Source: an uncultured Gemmatimonadaceae bacterium (GTDB taxonomy: Bacteria; Gemmatimonadota; Gemmatimonadetes; Gemmatimonadales; Gemmatimonadaceae). From it: a DNA stretch of 64,000 nucleotides. This document shows, piece by piece, positions 10,722 to 19,083 of the stretch. The DNA is taken from positions 640,001 through 704,000 of the forward strand of contig CAWBOC010000005.1 in the NCBI GenBank assembly GCA_963790305.1. The letters are read 5' to 3'. Within the stretch, counting starts at the first letter, position 1; each line of letters starts with the position of its first letter. A program made the position numbers and the translations under genes. The notes beneath the pieces are model-generated. The model had not been told where the DNA came from. It ran no database searches and was given only the letters and a program-made list of their open reading frames with translations.

Positions 10722-10933
10722 CTCGCGACCTTCGCGACGTTTTCCGCCGCCGGTCCCTTCTGACCCTGCACGAGGTCGAACTCGACGCGCTGTCCCTCAG
10801 CGAGGGACTTGAAGCCACCGCCTTGAATGGCCGAGTGATGGACGAAGCAGTCCTTCTGCGCCTCGCCTTCGGGCGTGATGAAGCCGAAGCCCTTGGCATC
10901 GTTGAACCACTTCACGGTTCCGGTAGTACGCAT
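10718..10933 (-). CDS. cspA: Cold-shock protein (CspA family)
   Basis: [15 protein letters not shown] (RNP1), CFVHHSAI (RNP2), [17 protein letters not shown]. Confidence 0.97.
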   Translation of the reverse strand: MRTTGTVKWFNDAKGFGFITPEGEAQKDCFVHHSAIQGGGFKSLAEGQRVEFDLVQGQKGPAAENVAKVAS

Positions 10934-11001
10934 GGAATATCCTCACGGGTGATGTCGGCAGAGCCGTGCCTAACGGCGCCATGGGCACGCCGACCGAGTT
11001 G

Positions 11002-11349
11002 TCAGTCTTCGCGGGGGATCGAGTCGGGAACGACGTCGCGGTCATCGCTCGCTGGCGGAACGCCCCAGAGACGCAGGGGCCCCACTCCACCGGAGCGCTC
11101 GAGGGAGAACGACGTCCAGCCGTTCGTTTCGGCGACGGCGCGATTCGCGGCCAGACGGTCCTGCACTGCTTCGTGTGCGGCCTCACTGCTGCCCGGCGCC
11201 CCGCGGCGCGCGATCGAGTCGAACCGGCTGTACAGCGTTTGAAGCGAAACCATGTGCTGAGACATGAGCGGCCTCATGGGGAGAAGGAATTCCAGCTCCA
11301 TCCGGCGCCAGTGGGCGTCGTCCGTGCGCCACGGCATCGCGCTTTTCAT
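11002..11349 (-). CDS. Hypothetical protein (115 aa)
   Basis: ATGA overlap with the OmpA gene stop; fills the gap to cspA. Confidence 0.55.
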   Translation of the reverse strand: MKSAMPWRTDDAHWRRMELEFLLPMRPLMSQHMVSLQTLYSRFDSIARRGAPGSSEAAHEAVQDRLAANRAVAETNGWTSFSLERSGGVGPLRLWGVPPASDDRDVVPDSIPRED

Positions 11350-12473
11350 TGCATTCGTGGTACGTCGGCGCCCGTGCCAGCGACAATCACGAACTCGGCG
11401 CGACGGTTCTGCCACAGACAGGATTCGTGGCGGTCCTCACAGATGGGATGCCAGGAGCTGAATCCCACGGCGTCAATGCGATCGGAGGCAATGCCCCGGG
11501 CGGTCAACCAGCGCTTCGCCGCCTCGGCGCGTGTCCAGGCAAGCGTGGTGTTGCTCGCGCTGGAACCACGAGCGTCCGCCTGTCCCTCGATTCGGATCCG
11601 CAACGCGGGGACTCCGCGGAGCAGGGCGAGCTTCGAGTCCAGCGCCGCAATGGCGTCGGGGCGAATCTCCGCGCTGCCCACGTCGAAGTGGATGGCCATC
11701 CCCATCCGATCGTGCATCTCGATCGGGCGGAGCCCAGCCATGCGGGCGCCATTAAACGCGGCGTCGCGTGTCACGCGGTCGGTTTCGAGCTGCAGGATCG
11801 CGACGGGATTCGACTCTGTCAGACGCGGCATCGGACGGGGATACGCCGGTGCCAACTCCCCGCGGCGGATCGCGACCCGCTCACTGGGCACGCTCGCCGT
11901 CGGACGCATCCAGCTGAGCCCCAGGCGAAATCCCCAGTTGGAATGCCGCCGGAGCGTGTCGCCACCGTTGATGTACTCCCGCGTGCCATCGACTCGCAGC
12001 GCGGTGGAGCGGCCGAATGGGAGGCGCACGCCGGCCGTCAGGCTCGTCCCCCACGCGTCGTACGAGCCGTAGTCGTTATGCACCGCCCCGCCACCCAACA
12101 GCAGCTGGTTCGACCCGATCGGGAAATTGTAGGTGAGGTCGAGGAGGAGCGGCATGATGTTCCTGGCCTCGGATCCGGCGACGCGATCGACCCGCGTGAA
12201 GCCAACGCCGCCTTCAAGCTCCCAACGCGGATGCACGAAATAGCCTAACCGGAGGCCGCCGCCTATTCCTGATTGGAGGTTGGTGGCTGGCGCGAAGTCG
12301 GTAAACCGGCCAAAGGTGTTGAGCTCGAAGGCCCGCACGCCGAACTGCTGGGAGAGGACGGGAAACGCGAGAATGGCCGTGAGAAGGAGCCCGATGCTCG
12401 CGACCTTCAGCAGCAAGGTGAGGATGGCCCTGGCGCCCAATGTCGGTTGATCGTGAACGACCGCGTGATGCAT
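11346..12473 (-). CDS. OmpA family protein (N-terminal beta-barrel + OmpA-like C-terminal domain)
   Basis: GAGGAG RBS before MHHAVV; beta-barrel pattern; IHFDVGSAEI, IEGQADARGS, RAEAAK, QNRRAEF. Confidence 0.85.
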   Translation of the reverse strand: MHHAVVHDQPTLGARAILTLLLKVASIGLLLTAILAFPVLSQQFGVRAFELNTFGRFTDFAPATNLQSGIGGGLRLGYFVHPRWELEGGVGFTRVDRVAGSEARNIMPLLLDLTYNFPIGSNQLLLGGGAVHNDYGSYDAWGTSLTAGVRLPFGRSTALRVDGTREYINGGDTLRRHSNWGFRLGLSWMRPTASVPSERVAIRRGELAPAYPRPMPRLTESNPVAILQLETDRVTRDAAFNGARMAGLRPIEMHDRMGMAIHFDVGSAEIRPDAIAALDSKLALLRGVPALRIRIEGQADARGSSASNTTLAWTRAEAAKRWLTARGIASDRIDAVGFSSWHPICEDRHESCLWQNRRAEFVIVAGTGADVPRMQ

Positions 12474-12552
12474 GGCTGCTCCTCGGGCGGCAGATGCTGC
12501 GCCGAGGCGACCATTCGGCGGGGACACGTGCGCAGATCCGGGTCGCGTTGTC

Positions 12553-12651
12553 TGTCCAGCAGTTGCCCAATTGAGTATACGGTCTTGTCTGAGAATGTCA
12601 ATGGTATGTTCATGCGAATCGGTTGACATAGGCTGAACAAACACCCATTTT
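12553..12651. promoter_or_regulatory. Divergent sigma-70 promoters overlaid with ~11-bp periodic TnnACA repeats (CarH-type operator)
   Basis: Minus TTGACA(12596-12601)-16-TATACT(12574-12579); plus TTGACA at 12623; TGTnnA-like units at 12553, 12564, 12586, 12596, 12607; TnnACA at 12623, 12634. Confidence 0.7.
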
Positions 12652-12658
12652 GATAACC

Positions 12659-13627
12659 ATGACAGGTCTTGCTGAGGTGCAGGTCGGCAGGCACCCGATT
12701 GGGGTAGTCGCCGAGCGAACGGGGCTGTCGCCGGATCTCCTGCGGGTGTGGGAGCGGCGGTATCGCGCGGTCGAGCCATCGCGCGCGGCCGACGGCCAGC
12801 GCCTGTACTCGGACTCCGATGTCGAGCGGCTCAGGTTGCTTCGGCTCGCGACGTTGGCTGGTCGTGGGATCCGGCAGGTCGCGCAGCTCGGAACTGACGA
12901 GCTCACCCAGCTGGTTCGAGAGGACGAAGCGGCGCGCCAGCGTGCGGTGCGAAGGGACGACCGGGCGATTCCCGTGTCGGTGGGAGAGGACGTCGAGCGG
13001 GCACTCGGGCTCGCGCGCGCGGTCGACGCGGTGGCGCTGGACAGTCTCCTCCGCAGGACCGCGGCGGCGTTAGGCGTTCCGATCTTTCTCGACGGGCTCG
13101 TGGCTCCGCTGCTTCGGCGAATGGGCGAAGAGGGGGAGGCGGGCCGCCTGGCTGTGGCGCAGGAGCACCTCGCGACGGCGATCATTCAGCGGGTGCTCGA
13201 GGGGATCATTCACTTCCTCGTGGCGCCGCACGGCGCGCCGAATCTCCTGCTCGCGACGCTAGCCGGCGATCCGCACAAGATGGGAACGCTGCTCTCGGCG
13301 ACCGCCGCCGCCGCCGAGGGGTGGCGCGTCACGTATCTCGGCCCAGACTTGCCGGCGGAGGAGATCGCGACCGCTGCCGTCGCGGCGGGAGCGCGGGTTG
13401 TGGGCGTGAGCATTGCGCGCCTCGCGGAGCGCGACCGGGTGCTCGCCGGACTTCGTACGCTCCGGGCGCGGCTTCCCGCCTCGGTGCCGCTGCTGGCGAG
13501 TGGCGCGGGCGCAGTGGACCTCGTGCCGGAGCTCGACGGTCTGGGGATCCACGTCGTCGCGGATCTCGCCGCGCTTCGCGCCGGCCTGCGGAAGGGAACG
13601 CCCTGGCCTAACGAGGGGCGACGATAG
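12659..13627 (+). CDS. MerR-family cobalamin-binding transcriptional regulator (CarH/LitR-like)
   Basis: MerR HTH (IGVVAERTGLSPDLLRVWERRY, GQRLYS); helical bundle QEHLAT; B12 motif GDPHKMG; YLGPDLP. Confidence 0.92.
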   Translation: MTGLAEVQVGRHPIGVVAERTGLSPDLLRVWERRYRAVEPSRAADGQRLYSDSDVERLRLLRLATLAGRGIRQVAQLGTDELTQLVREDEAARQRAVRRDDRAIPVSVGEDVERALGLARAVDAVALDSLLRRTAAALGVPIFLDGLVAPLLRRMGEEGEAGRLAVAQEHLATAIIQRVLEGIIHFLVAPHGAPNLLLATLAGDPHKMGTLLSATAAAAEGWRVTYLGPDLPAEEIATAAVAAGARVVGVSIARLAERDRVLAGLRTLRARLPASVPLLASGAGAVDLVPELDGLGIHVVADLAALRAGLRKGTPWPNEGRR

Positions 13628-13656
13628 GCCCTGTCCCGCCGGACGACGATGCACGA

Positions 13657-13686
13657 GACGGCGCGGGGCTTTTGCCCCGCGCCGTC
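13657..13686. terminator. Hairpin between convergent carH-like and hsp20 genes
   Basis: GACGGCGCGGGGC-TTTT-GCCCCGCGCCGTC perfect 13-bp stem. Confidence 0.7.
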
Positions 13687-13729
13687 CATCTATCCGTGCA
13701 TCGTGACGCGGTGGTCATGCCACCAGCGC

Positions 13730-14251
13730 TTACTTCGCCGCGCGGGTCTTCGCGACCGTGGTCGGCGCGTCCTGTCGGCCCTCGCCGCGACCGTTGGTCA
13801 GCTGGCCGCCGTTCTTGCTGTGGGCGACCGCTTTCACCTGGATCGTCTTGGGCTGGGGCATCGCCGACTTCGGGATACGGACCTGGAGCAGGCCGTTGTC
13901 GACATCTGCCTGGATCTTGTCGATCTCGACACCCTCGGGCAGCTGGAAGCGGCGGGTGAACGTACCATAGCCGCGCTCGACGAGATGATATCGTCCCTCG
14001 TCCTTCCACTCCTCGCTCCGCTCGCCGCGGATCGTCAGGACGCCGTTCTCGGTCGTGACGCCGATGTCACTGGCGTCGCTTCCGGCGATCTCGACCGTGA
14101 AATTCAGCTCGCCATCGGTCTCGCGAATGTCGACGAGCGGGGTCCACTCGCTCTGCTCGGCTTTGCCCTGCGTGATTGCGCCTTCGAAGAGTCGGTAGAG
14201 CTCGCGCTGCAGGCCGAGCGTCGGGGTCGTCATGGCTGGCGTATACAACAT
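13730..14251 (-). CDS. Hsp20/alpha-crystallin small heat-shock protein
   Basis: WTPLVDIRET, ENGVLTIRGER, ERGYGTFTRRFQLP, NGLLQVRIPK. Confidence 0.95.
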   Translation of the reverse strand: MLYTPAMTTPTLGLQRELYRLFEGAITQGKAEQSEWTPLVDIRETDGELNFTVEIAGSDASDIGVTTENGVLTIRGERSEEWKDEGRYHLVERGYGTFTRRFQLPEGVEIDKIQADVDNGLLQVRIPKSAMPQPKTIQVKAVAHSKNGGQLTNGRGEGRQDAPTTVAKTRAAK

Positions 14252-14331
14252 GTAGCCTCTTGTATTGCGAGGGCCCTTCCTTCGATTTCGCTGGACAGTC
14301 GGGCCCTGATGGCTCCCAGGTTCGTAATGGG

Positions 14332-14463
14332 AGTATAACAGGCTGTCGGTCGGTTGTCAATGATCTGTCCAAGACAAACAGTTGACAACACAGGCGAACG
14401 TCATAGTCGTCAAGGTGTTGTCCTGGTCAAATGATTGACAGTGGCCCATTTCTGGCATATCCT
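14332..14463. promoter_or_regulatory. Divergent sigma-70 promoters (hsp20 / fasciclin) with 11-bp periodic repeats
   Basis: Minus TTGACA(14355-60)-17-TATACT(14332-37); plus TTGACA(14435-40)-17-TATCCT(14458-63); TGTCnn at 14344, 14355, 14366; nnGACA at 14371, 14382. Confidence 0.75.
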
Positions 14464-14540
14464 CAGTGTTGATACGTGCTGGGCGTCGTTTGGAGCCTGT
14501 CGCCCCGCAGACAGCACACGGCTTCGCAGGAGCGACTCAT

Positions 14541-15068
14541 ATGAATGCCCCATACGCCGAGAAGGTCCTTATCTCTCCCCCGACGACTGGTCCGGCCGAG
14601 TCGCAGTCTCCCCGCGATGCACAAAAACGCGCAGACGCGGCGCGTGCACCGCGCTGGGGACCAAAAGCCAACGTGCTCGAGGCGATCGAGTCGGCAGGCG
14701 ACTTCAAGATCCTCTCGCAGGCCCTTCAGGACGCCCACCTCGACGACATCCTGAGTGGGAAAGGCCCGTTCACTCTCTTCGCGCCCACGGATGACGCGTT
14801 CGGGAAGATGCCAAGTGCCGATTTGAGCACCCTGCTTGCCGACTCGGTGAGGCTGCGCTGCGTTCTCAGCCACCACATCGTGGCGTCGAAGGTGAGAGCC
14901 CCCCGCGAGCGCGTGCCGAACACGGCGATGGCCGTTGACGGGCGCAAGCTGACGATGACCGTTCGGCAGGGCTCCTATAAGGTGAACGAAGTGCAGATCG
15001 TGAAGGCCAATCTTCGCGCGTCCAACGGCGTGATTCACGCTCTCGACTCGCTTTTGCAGCCGTCGTGA
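14541..15068 (+). CDS. Fasciclin (FAS1) domain protein
   Basis: GPFTLFAPTDDAF, VLSHHIV, ASNGVIHALDSLL; CAGGAG RBS. Confidence 0.92.
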   Translation: MNAPYAEKVLISPPTTGPAESQSPRDAQKRADAARAPRWGPKANVLEAIESAGDFKILSQALQDAHLDDILSGKGPFTLFAPTDDAFGKMPSADLSTLLADSVRLRCVLSHHIVASKVRAPRERVPNTAMAVDGRKLTMTVRQGSYKVNEVQIVKANLRASNGVIHALDSLLQPS

Positions 15069-15107
15069 GGCTGCCGCGCGGCGGGTAGACTCCGATACAT
15101 TCAGCGC

Positions 15108-15956
15108 GTGCTCCGCCCCGCTCGCGCTCTCGTCGTCGTCGTTGCCCTGCTGTGCTCCGCCACGAGTTGCGTCTCACGGACGCGATCCGAGGCTGACCTT
15201 CAGCGGGCCGACACGATTCGCGTTCTCGTCTACAACATCCATGCGGGGAAGGACGCGCGCGGCGTCGAGAATCTCCAGGGTGTCGTCGCCTTGATTCGCG
15301 AGACGCGAGCGGATGTCGTGCTTCTCCAGGAAGTCGATCGGGGTACGCGCCGATCGGGAGTCGTCGACCAGCCAGCCGTGCTTGCGGTGGGAAGCGGGTT
15401 TCACGTCGCGTTCGGAAGCGCTCTCGATTACGACGGCGGAAAGTATGGCGTCGCGACGTTGTCGCGCTGGCCGATCACGTTCGACACGCTGTACCGGCTC
15501 CCTGTCGATCCGCCGCAGGAGCGTGCGGGCGGCTCGCGCGAGCCGCGGGGGCTGCTGCGAGTGGACGTCCGCTCGCCCTACGGCACGATGACCGTGTTCA
15601 ACACGCACATCGACGCGTCTCGTGAAGACACGTGGCGTCAGCAGGAGGCGCGCGTGATCGTGGCCACCGTCTCAGCCGCGCGGAGCGCGCGTCCTCTCGT
15701 GCTGCTCGGTGGCGACATGAACTCGACGCCGGAGAGCGCGGTTCAGCAGATTCTTCGCGAGCCCGGTCTGCGCGATGCGTTCACCGAATGTGGGCGAGGC
15801 ACTGGACTGACGTATCCGGCGGATTCCGCGGTCAAGCGGATCGACTACCTCTATCTGAGCGGGGCGATGCGATGCGCTCGCGCCGAGGTGCCGGTGACCG
15901 TGGTGTCGGATCATCGGCCGCTCATCGTCGAGGTGCTGGTTCCGCGCAATCAATGA
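15108..15956 (+). CDS. Endonuclease/exonuclease/phosphatase family protein (probable lipoprotein)
   Basis: YNIH, LQEVD, NTH, GGDMN, RIDY, SDH motifs; signal peptide with Cys. Confidence 0.9.
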   Translation: MLRPARALVVVVALLCSATSCVSRTRSEADLQRADTIRVLVYNIHAGKDARGVENLQGVVALIRETRADVVLLQEVDRGTRRSGVVDQPAVLAVGSGFHVAFGSALDYDGGKYGVATLSRWPITFDTLYRLPVDPPQERAGGSREPRGLLRVDVRSPYGTMTVFNTHIDASREDTWRQQEARVIVATVSAARSARPLVLLGGDMNSTPESAVQQILREPGLRDAFTECGRGTGLTYPADSAVKRIDYLYLSGAMRCARAEVPVTVVSDHRPLIVEVLVPRNQ

Positions 15957-16010
15957 ACGAACGGCAAAGATGACAGAGCTCAGAATACAGAACTCAGAAT
16001 TCAGAAACGA

Positions 16011-16042
16011 CCACGGGGAGCCACGAACTGGCTCCCCGTTGG
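16011..16042. terminator. Hairpin between convergent genes, preceded by short CAGAA(N)n repeats (15974-16006)
   Basis: ACGGGGAGCCA-CGAAC-TGGCTCCCCGT. Confidence 0.65.
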
Positions 16043-16071
16043 TTTGCCGTCCGTCCTAACGGCGACAGCCA

Positions 16072-16332
16072 TCACGATACGGCGGCCAGATTCCGCGGTC
16101 CCCGCGCTCCGGCGAGAATCGCCGCGACCTCACGGAGGAACCCCGCGCGATCCTCGAGCAGCATCACCAATCGCTGCACGATTTGACCGGGGATCGGCTG
16201 TTCGCCGCCATAGTATCGCCACAGCGTCCTCAGGTCGACGCCTAGTGCCTGCGCCAGCTCCTCTGGTGGACAGTGGAGCGCCTGAAGGGCGGCGAAAATC
16301 GGATCATCGGCAAAGTATCTCGAAGCGGACAT
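16072..16332 (-). CDS. Small helix-turn-helix (XRE/Cro-like) protein
   Basis: PEELAQALGVDLRTLWRYYGGEQPIP HTH pattern; GAGG RBS. Confidence 0.7.
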   Translation of the reverse strand: MSASRYFADDPIFAALQALHCPPEELAQALGVDLRTLWRYYGGEQPIPGQIVQRLVMLLEDRAGFLREVAAILAGARGPRNLAAVS

Positions 16333-16392
16333 GGTAACCTCGGCCGTATCAGGGCGAAAACGCGCTGGGCGACGGGCGTATCCCCGCGGGGA

Positions 16393-16986
16393 TCAGAAAG
16401 AGAATGAAAAAGCGGTGAAGACCGTGATATCGTTGCGGATCTCTCGATCGGACATTTCGCCAAGAAGACCCTTGAAGCTCGACATGTAGTCACGCGCTTC
16501 GAGGCGCAGACCGAGCGCGCCCATGTGAAGCTGGCCACCGATGGCGCCATACCCCGCGACGTTCGTCTCGGACTTGGAGCTCCAATCGCGGTAGTCGTAG
16601 GTGCGACCTCCGGCGCCGAGCCCGACGAACGGCGACAGCGTCATTCCTCCCGGACCAACATCGAACGACTTCGTGAGCTCGGCACCGATGTCGTACGAGA
16701 ACAGATCGATATCATCACTGAACGGAATGCGTTTGTCGCTGCTCGGCGTCACGCCCACGGTCGCGACGAGTGAGAGGTGCTCAGTGATCGCGTATCCCCC
16801 CTGTATACCGGCCGTGATGGCGTCTCCGAGCAGATCGCGGTGATCGCCGGTGGGGAGGTATGCACCAAGAAACGGGCGCGCCTCGAATCGAGAGCCCGAG
16901 GTCTCCTGAGCAGCCGCCTGGTTCGAGACGGCCGCCCCAAGCAGAGTGGCCGACAACAACATCGTGACGCTCTTGAAACGAATCAT
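16393..16986 (-). CDS. Outer-membrane beta-barrel protein
   Basis: Signal peptide (..QAAA-Q), amphipathic strands, C-terminal Phe; GGAGA RBS. Confidence 0.8.
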   Translation of the reverse strand: MIRFKSVTMLLSATLLGAAVSNQAAAQETSGSRFEARPFLGAYLPTGDHRDLLGDAITAGIQGGYAITEHLSLVATVGVTPSSDKRIPFSDDIDLFSYDIGAELTKSFDVGPGGMTLSPFVGLGAGGRTYDYRDWSSKSETNVAGYGAIGGQLHMGALGLRLEARDYMSSFKGLLGEMSDREIRNDITVFTAFSFSF

Positions 16987-17064
16987 ATGAGTTCTCCCGC
17001 CCCGAAGGCGTGGTGTCGTAGGACCTAACGGCTCGCCGCCGTGGCGAGTCACGCCGGAGTGAAA

Positions 17065-17080
17065 GGCAACGCGGGGACCA
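17065..17080 (-). promoter_or_regulatory. sigma-54 -24/-12 promoter for the beta-barrel gene
   Basis: TGGTCCCCGCGTTGCC (GG-N10-GC). Confidence 0.7.
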
Positions 17081-17179
17081 TGACGAGACGCTGGTCCGCG
17101 TCGCGCGCAAGCCTGCGTCGCAGAATGAGTTGTGCTCCGTTGACCCGCGGTGATTCGCGAAGGCGGTTCCCGATCACGC

Positions 17180-17347
17180 CGCGCGATTTCGCGAGATTGC
17201 GACATCTCGCACCGTCTGCAGAAGTGGATCTGGGTCGCTCTATATAGAAAGGAGCGAGATCTCTCCCCGAGCTCTCGCCGGATCCGACGCAGACCGCGAA
17301 ATCCCGCACCAATCGCGAACTCTCGCGGCGATTCGCGAAAAATCACG
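17180..17347. promoter_or_regulatory. Cluster of putative enhancer (UAS) sites YGCG-N6-CGCR
   Basis: CGCGCGATTTCGCG 17180, TGCGACATCTCGCA 17198, CGCGAAATCCCGCA 17295, CGCGAACTCTCGCG 17314. Confidence 0.65.
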
Positions 17348-17428
17348 CCCGCACGTTCTCGAGTGCAGCGCGCCGCAACTCCAACAGTACGACGCACTTT
17401 GCCCGTCTCACCACGCGCCGCCGGCGTT

Positions 17429-17444
17429 TGGCCCTCGTGATGCT
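17429..17444 (+). promoter_or_regulatory. sigma-54 promoter for the GNAT-RND operon
   Basis: TGGCCCTCGTGATGCT (GG-N10-GC). Confidence 0.6.
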
Positions 17445-17499
17445 TTTGCATGAGCCCGCGGTGACCGAACGGTCACGCGCCACCATCACGGAGGATCAC

Positions 17500-17880
17500 A
17501 TGAACACGCAAGCGCAGGAAACGACGGCGCACCTCCCGGTGGTGCGCAGCGACATACGGCCGACGCCCTTCAAGCCCCCTCGCTACTCGTACGGCTTCGC
17601 CGACCGCGCAGATGCCGCACAGGTCGCCGCGCTGGCGGGCCATTACCCACTTGAGCTGGTGCGGGACAGCCTGAGGCAGGGCAACGACGAGTGGATCATC
17701 GCCCGGCGCGGCGAGGCGATCGTCGCAGCGATTCACGTGCGAGCCGAGCCAGACTGGCGGGCGCACAAGATCCATGGACTCGTCGTCGCCGAACCACACC
17801 AGCGTTGCGGCCTGGAGCGGTATCTCACGCACCTCGCCGAGCTCTGGATTCAATCGATCAATCTTCCGGCCGCGGCCTAA
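17500..17880 (+). CDS. Short GNAT-fold-like protein
   Basis: GGAGG RBS; WIIARRGEAIVAAI and IHGLVVAEPHQRCGLE resemble GNAT motif A; ends before motif B. Confidence 0.55.
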   Translation: MNTQAQETTAHLPVVRSDIRPTPFKPPRYSYGFADRADAAQVAALAGHYPLELVRDSLRQGNDEWIIARRGEAIVAAIHVRAEPDWRAHKIHGLVVAEPHQRCGLERYLTHLAELWIQSINLPAAA

Positions 17881-17937
17881 CCAGTCGCGATCTACAACTA
17901 CCCGAGCGCTCACATGACATCACGCACGGAGGTTCGC

Positions 17938-19083
17938 ATGCTGCCCCGACTCTTTAGTGGATTGAAGGAAGCCGACGCGCGCGCCCTGGCGCTCGCAGCC
18001 CTGTTCTTCTCGGTAGCCGTCGCCGCCGGATGCTCGTCGCACGCGGAAGCGTCGGATGAGCAGCCGGTGACGGCGACCGCCGTCCGTGTTCGCTCCGCGG
18101 CCGCCGTGGAGCGACCGATGCTCGTCAATGCCAGTGGAACCGTCGACGCGAACACGACTGCCGACGTCGCGTTCCAGGTCAGTGGAAAGATCAGCCGCGT
18201 CGCCGTCGAGGAAGGTCAGCTCGTGCGCGCCGGGCAGCTGCTCGCCGCCGTCGATCCGACCGACTATCAGCTGTCGGCGCAGCAGGCCAACGCCAGCGCC
18301 GCTCAGGCGAAGGGCGAGTTCGAGCGCATGCGGCAGCTACATGAGAAGGGAAGCCTTGCCCCGAACGACTTCGCCAAGTTCCAGGCGGCGGCCGAGGTGG
18401 CGACGTCGAATGCGTCGCTGGCGCAGAAACGCCTTGGCGACACGCAACTCACCTCCCCGATCTCCGGCGTCGTCGCGCGACGCGGGGTCGAGCTCGGTGA
18501 GATGGCGTCACCCGGCATGCCGGCCTTTACGATCGTCGCTGTCGATCCGGTCGAGATCCGCGTCGGCATCCCGGAATCGCAGATCGGTCTGATCCGTCGC
18601 GGCGCGACGGCGACCATCGCCGTTCCGGCGCTGCCGGGTCCGATGTACACCGCCCGCGTCACGATGATTGGCGTCTCGGCTGACGCGGCATCGCGCACGT
18701 ATCCGGTGAAGATCGATGTACCGAACCCCGGCCAGAAGCTGCTGCCGGGCATGATCGCCGAAGCTCACATCAGCGGAAATCGCATTACGCGTGCGTTCAC
18801 CGTGCCCGGTGAGGCCGTCGTGCGCGATGCTGAAGGCGCCACGCTCGTGTTCATCTACTTCCCGGCTGAGAAGCGCGTCTACAGCCGCCGCGTTACCGTC
18901 GGTGCGCCAATCGATCGCGAGATCGAGATCACCGATGGCGTCGTGCCAGGCGAGCTCATCGTCATCGCTGGCCAGGACCGCCTCCGCGACGGCGCTGCCG
19001 TCGACGCGACGGTCGAGGAAGCACAGGCTGATTCCACGAAGACCGTCGTCCAGACCACCACCGCCGCAGGATCCGTCAGATGA
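17938..19083 (+). CDS. RND efflux periplasmic adaptor (MFP) lipoprotein
   Basis: Lipobox AAGC; VAFQVSGKI..VEEGQLV..GQLLA; SPISGVV; LLPGM. Confidence 0.93.
   Translation: MLPRLFSGLKEADARALALAALFFSVAVAAGCSSHAEASDEQPVTATAVRVRSAAAVERPMLVNASGTVDANTTADVAFQVSGKISRVAVEEGQLVRAGQLLAAVDPTDYQLSAQQANASAAQAKGEFERMRQLHEKGSLAPNDFAKFQAAAEVATSNASLAQKRLGDTQLTSPISGVVARRGVELGEMASPGMPAFTIVAVDPVEIRVGIPESQIGLIRRGATATIAVPALPGPMYTARVTMIGVSADAASRTYPVKIDVPNPGQKLLPGMIAEAHISGNRITRAFTVPGEAVVRDAEGATLVFIYFPAEKRVYSRRVTVGAPIDREIEITDGVVPGELIVIAGQDRLRDGAAVDATVEEAQADSTKTVVQTTTAAGSVR

Noticed and set aside
10955..10972. TAGGCACGGCTCTGCC (minus) upstream of cspA as a sigma-54 promoter
   Set aside because: Spacing is 9; more simply part of a GC-rich leader hairpin.
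16987..17451. N-terminal extension of ORF 16393..17451
   Set aside because: Region holds promoters and enhancer sites; signal peptide and RBS indicate a start at 16986.
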